A stretch of DNA of 64,000 nucleotides from Octopus sinensis (Eukaryota), in assembly GCF_006345805.1 (NCBI RefSeq), contig NC_042998.1, positions 66,340,001 to 66,404,000 on the forward strand, read 5' to 3'. The first letter of the stretch is position 1. Each line of letters begins with the position of its first letter. Below the pieces are notes generated by a model. That model searched no databases. It was not told where the DNA came from and saw only the letters and a program-made list of their open reading frames with translations. Made by a program: the position numbers and the translations under genes. This document shows, in pieces, positions 63,936 through 64,000 of the stretch.

Positions 63936-64000
63936 GGATAATTTTATTTCGTAGGTGTTATCTTATTGGCCAGTGGACAATTTGAAATAAATGATAACGC

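Overview
AT-rich, microsatellite-dense animal genomic DNA. The SINE families and the (TA)n/(AAT)n/(GATA)n content suggest an octopus or other coleoid cephalopod; this is inferred from pattern recognition, not from a search. I found no convincing host protein-coding gene, rRNA, true tRNA or CRISPR array. The window is mostly retroelement debris: about nine R4/Dong-clade non-LTR copies (RT plus restriction-like endonuclease), most embedded in (AAT)n tracts in the same orientation; three CR1-like LINE fragments; three Penelope-like GIY-YIG fragments; several tRNA-derived SINE families; and a Chapaev3-like DNA transposase remnant. The most unusual signal is a set of hammerhead-ribozyme (HHR)-like motifs tied to inverted or tandem repeats. 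These are: a tRNA-headed SINE with an HHR tail arranged as a head-to-head palindrome (13985-14400; intact HHR copy at 18718-18763), a ~550-bp tandem array with one HHR motif per unit that folds back on itself (24514-26823), and HHRs inside ~120-bp inverted repeats (13314-13376, 27279-27336). All folds were worked out by eye, and element boundaries are approximate.
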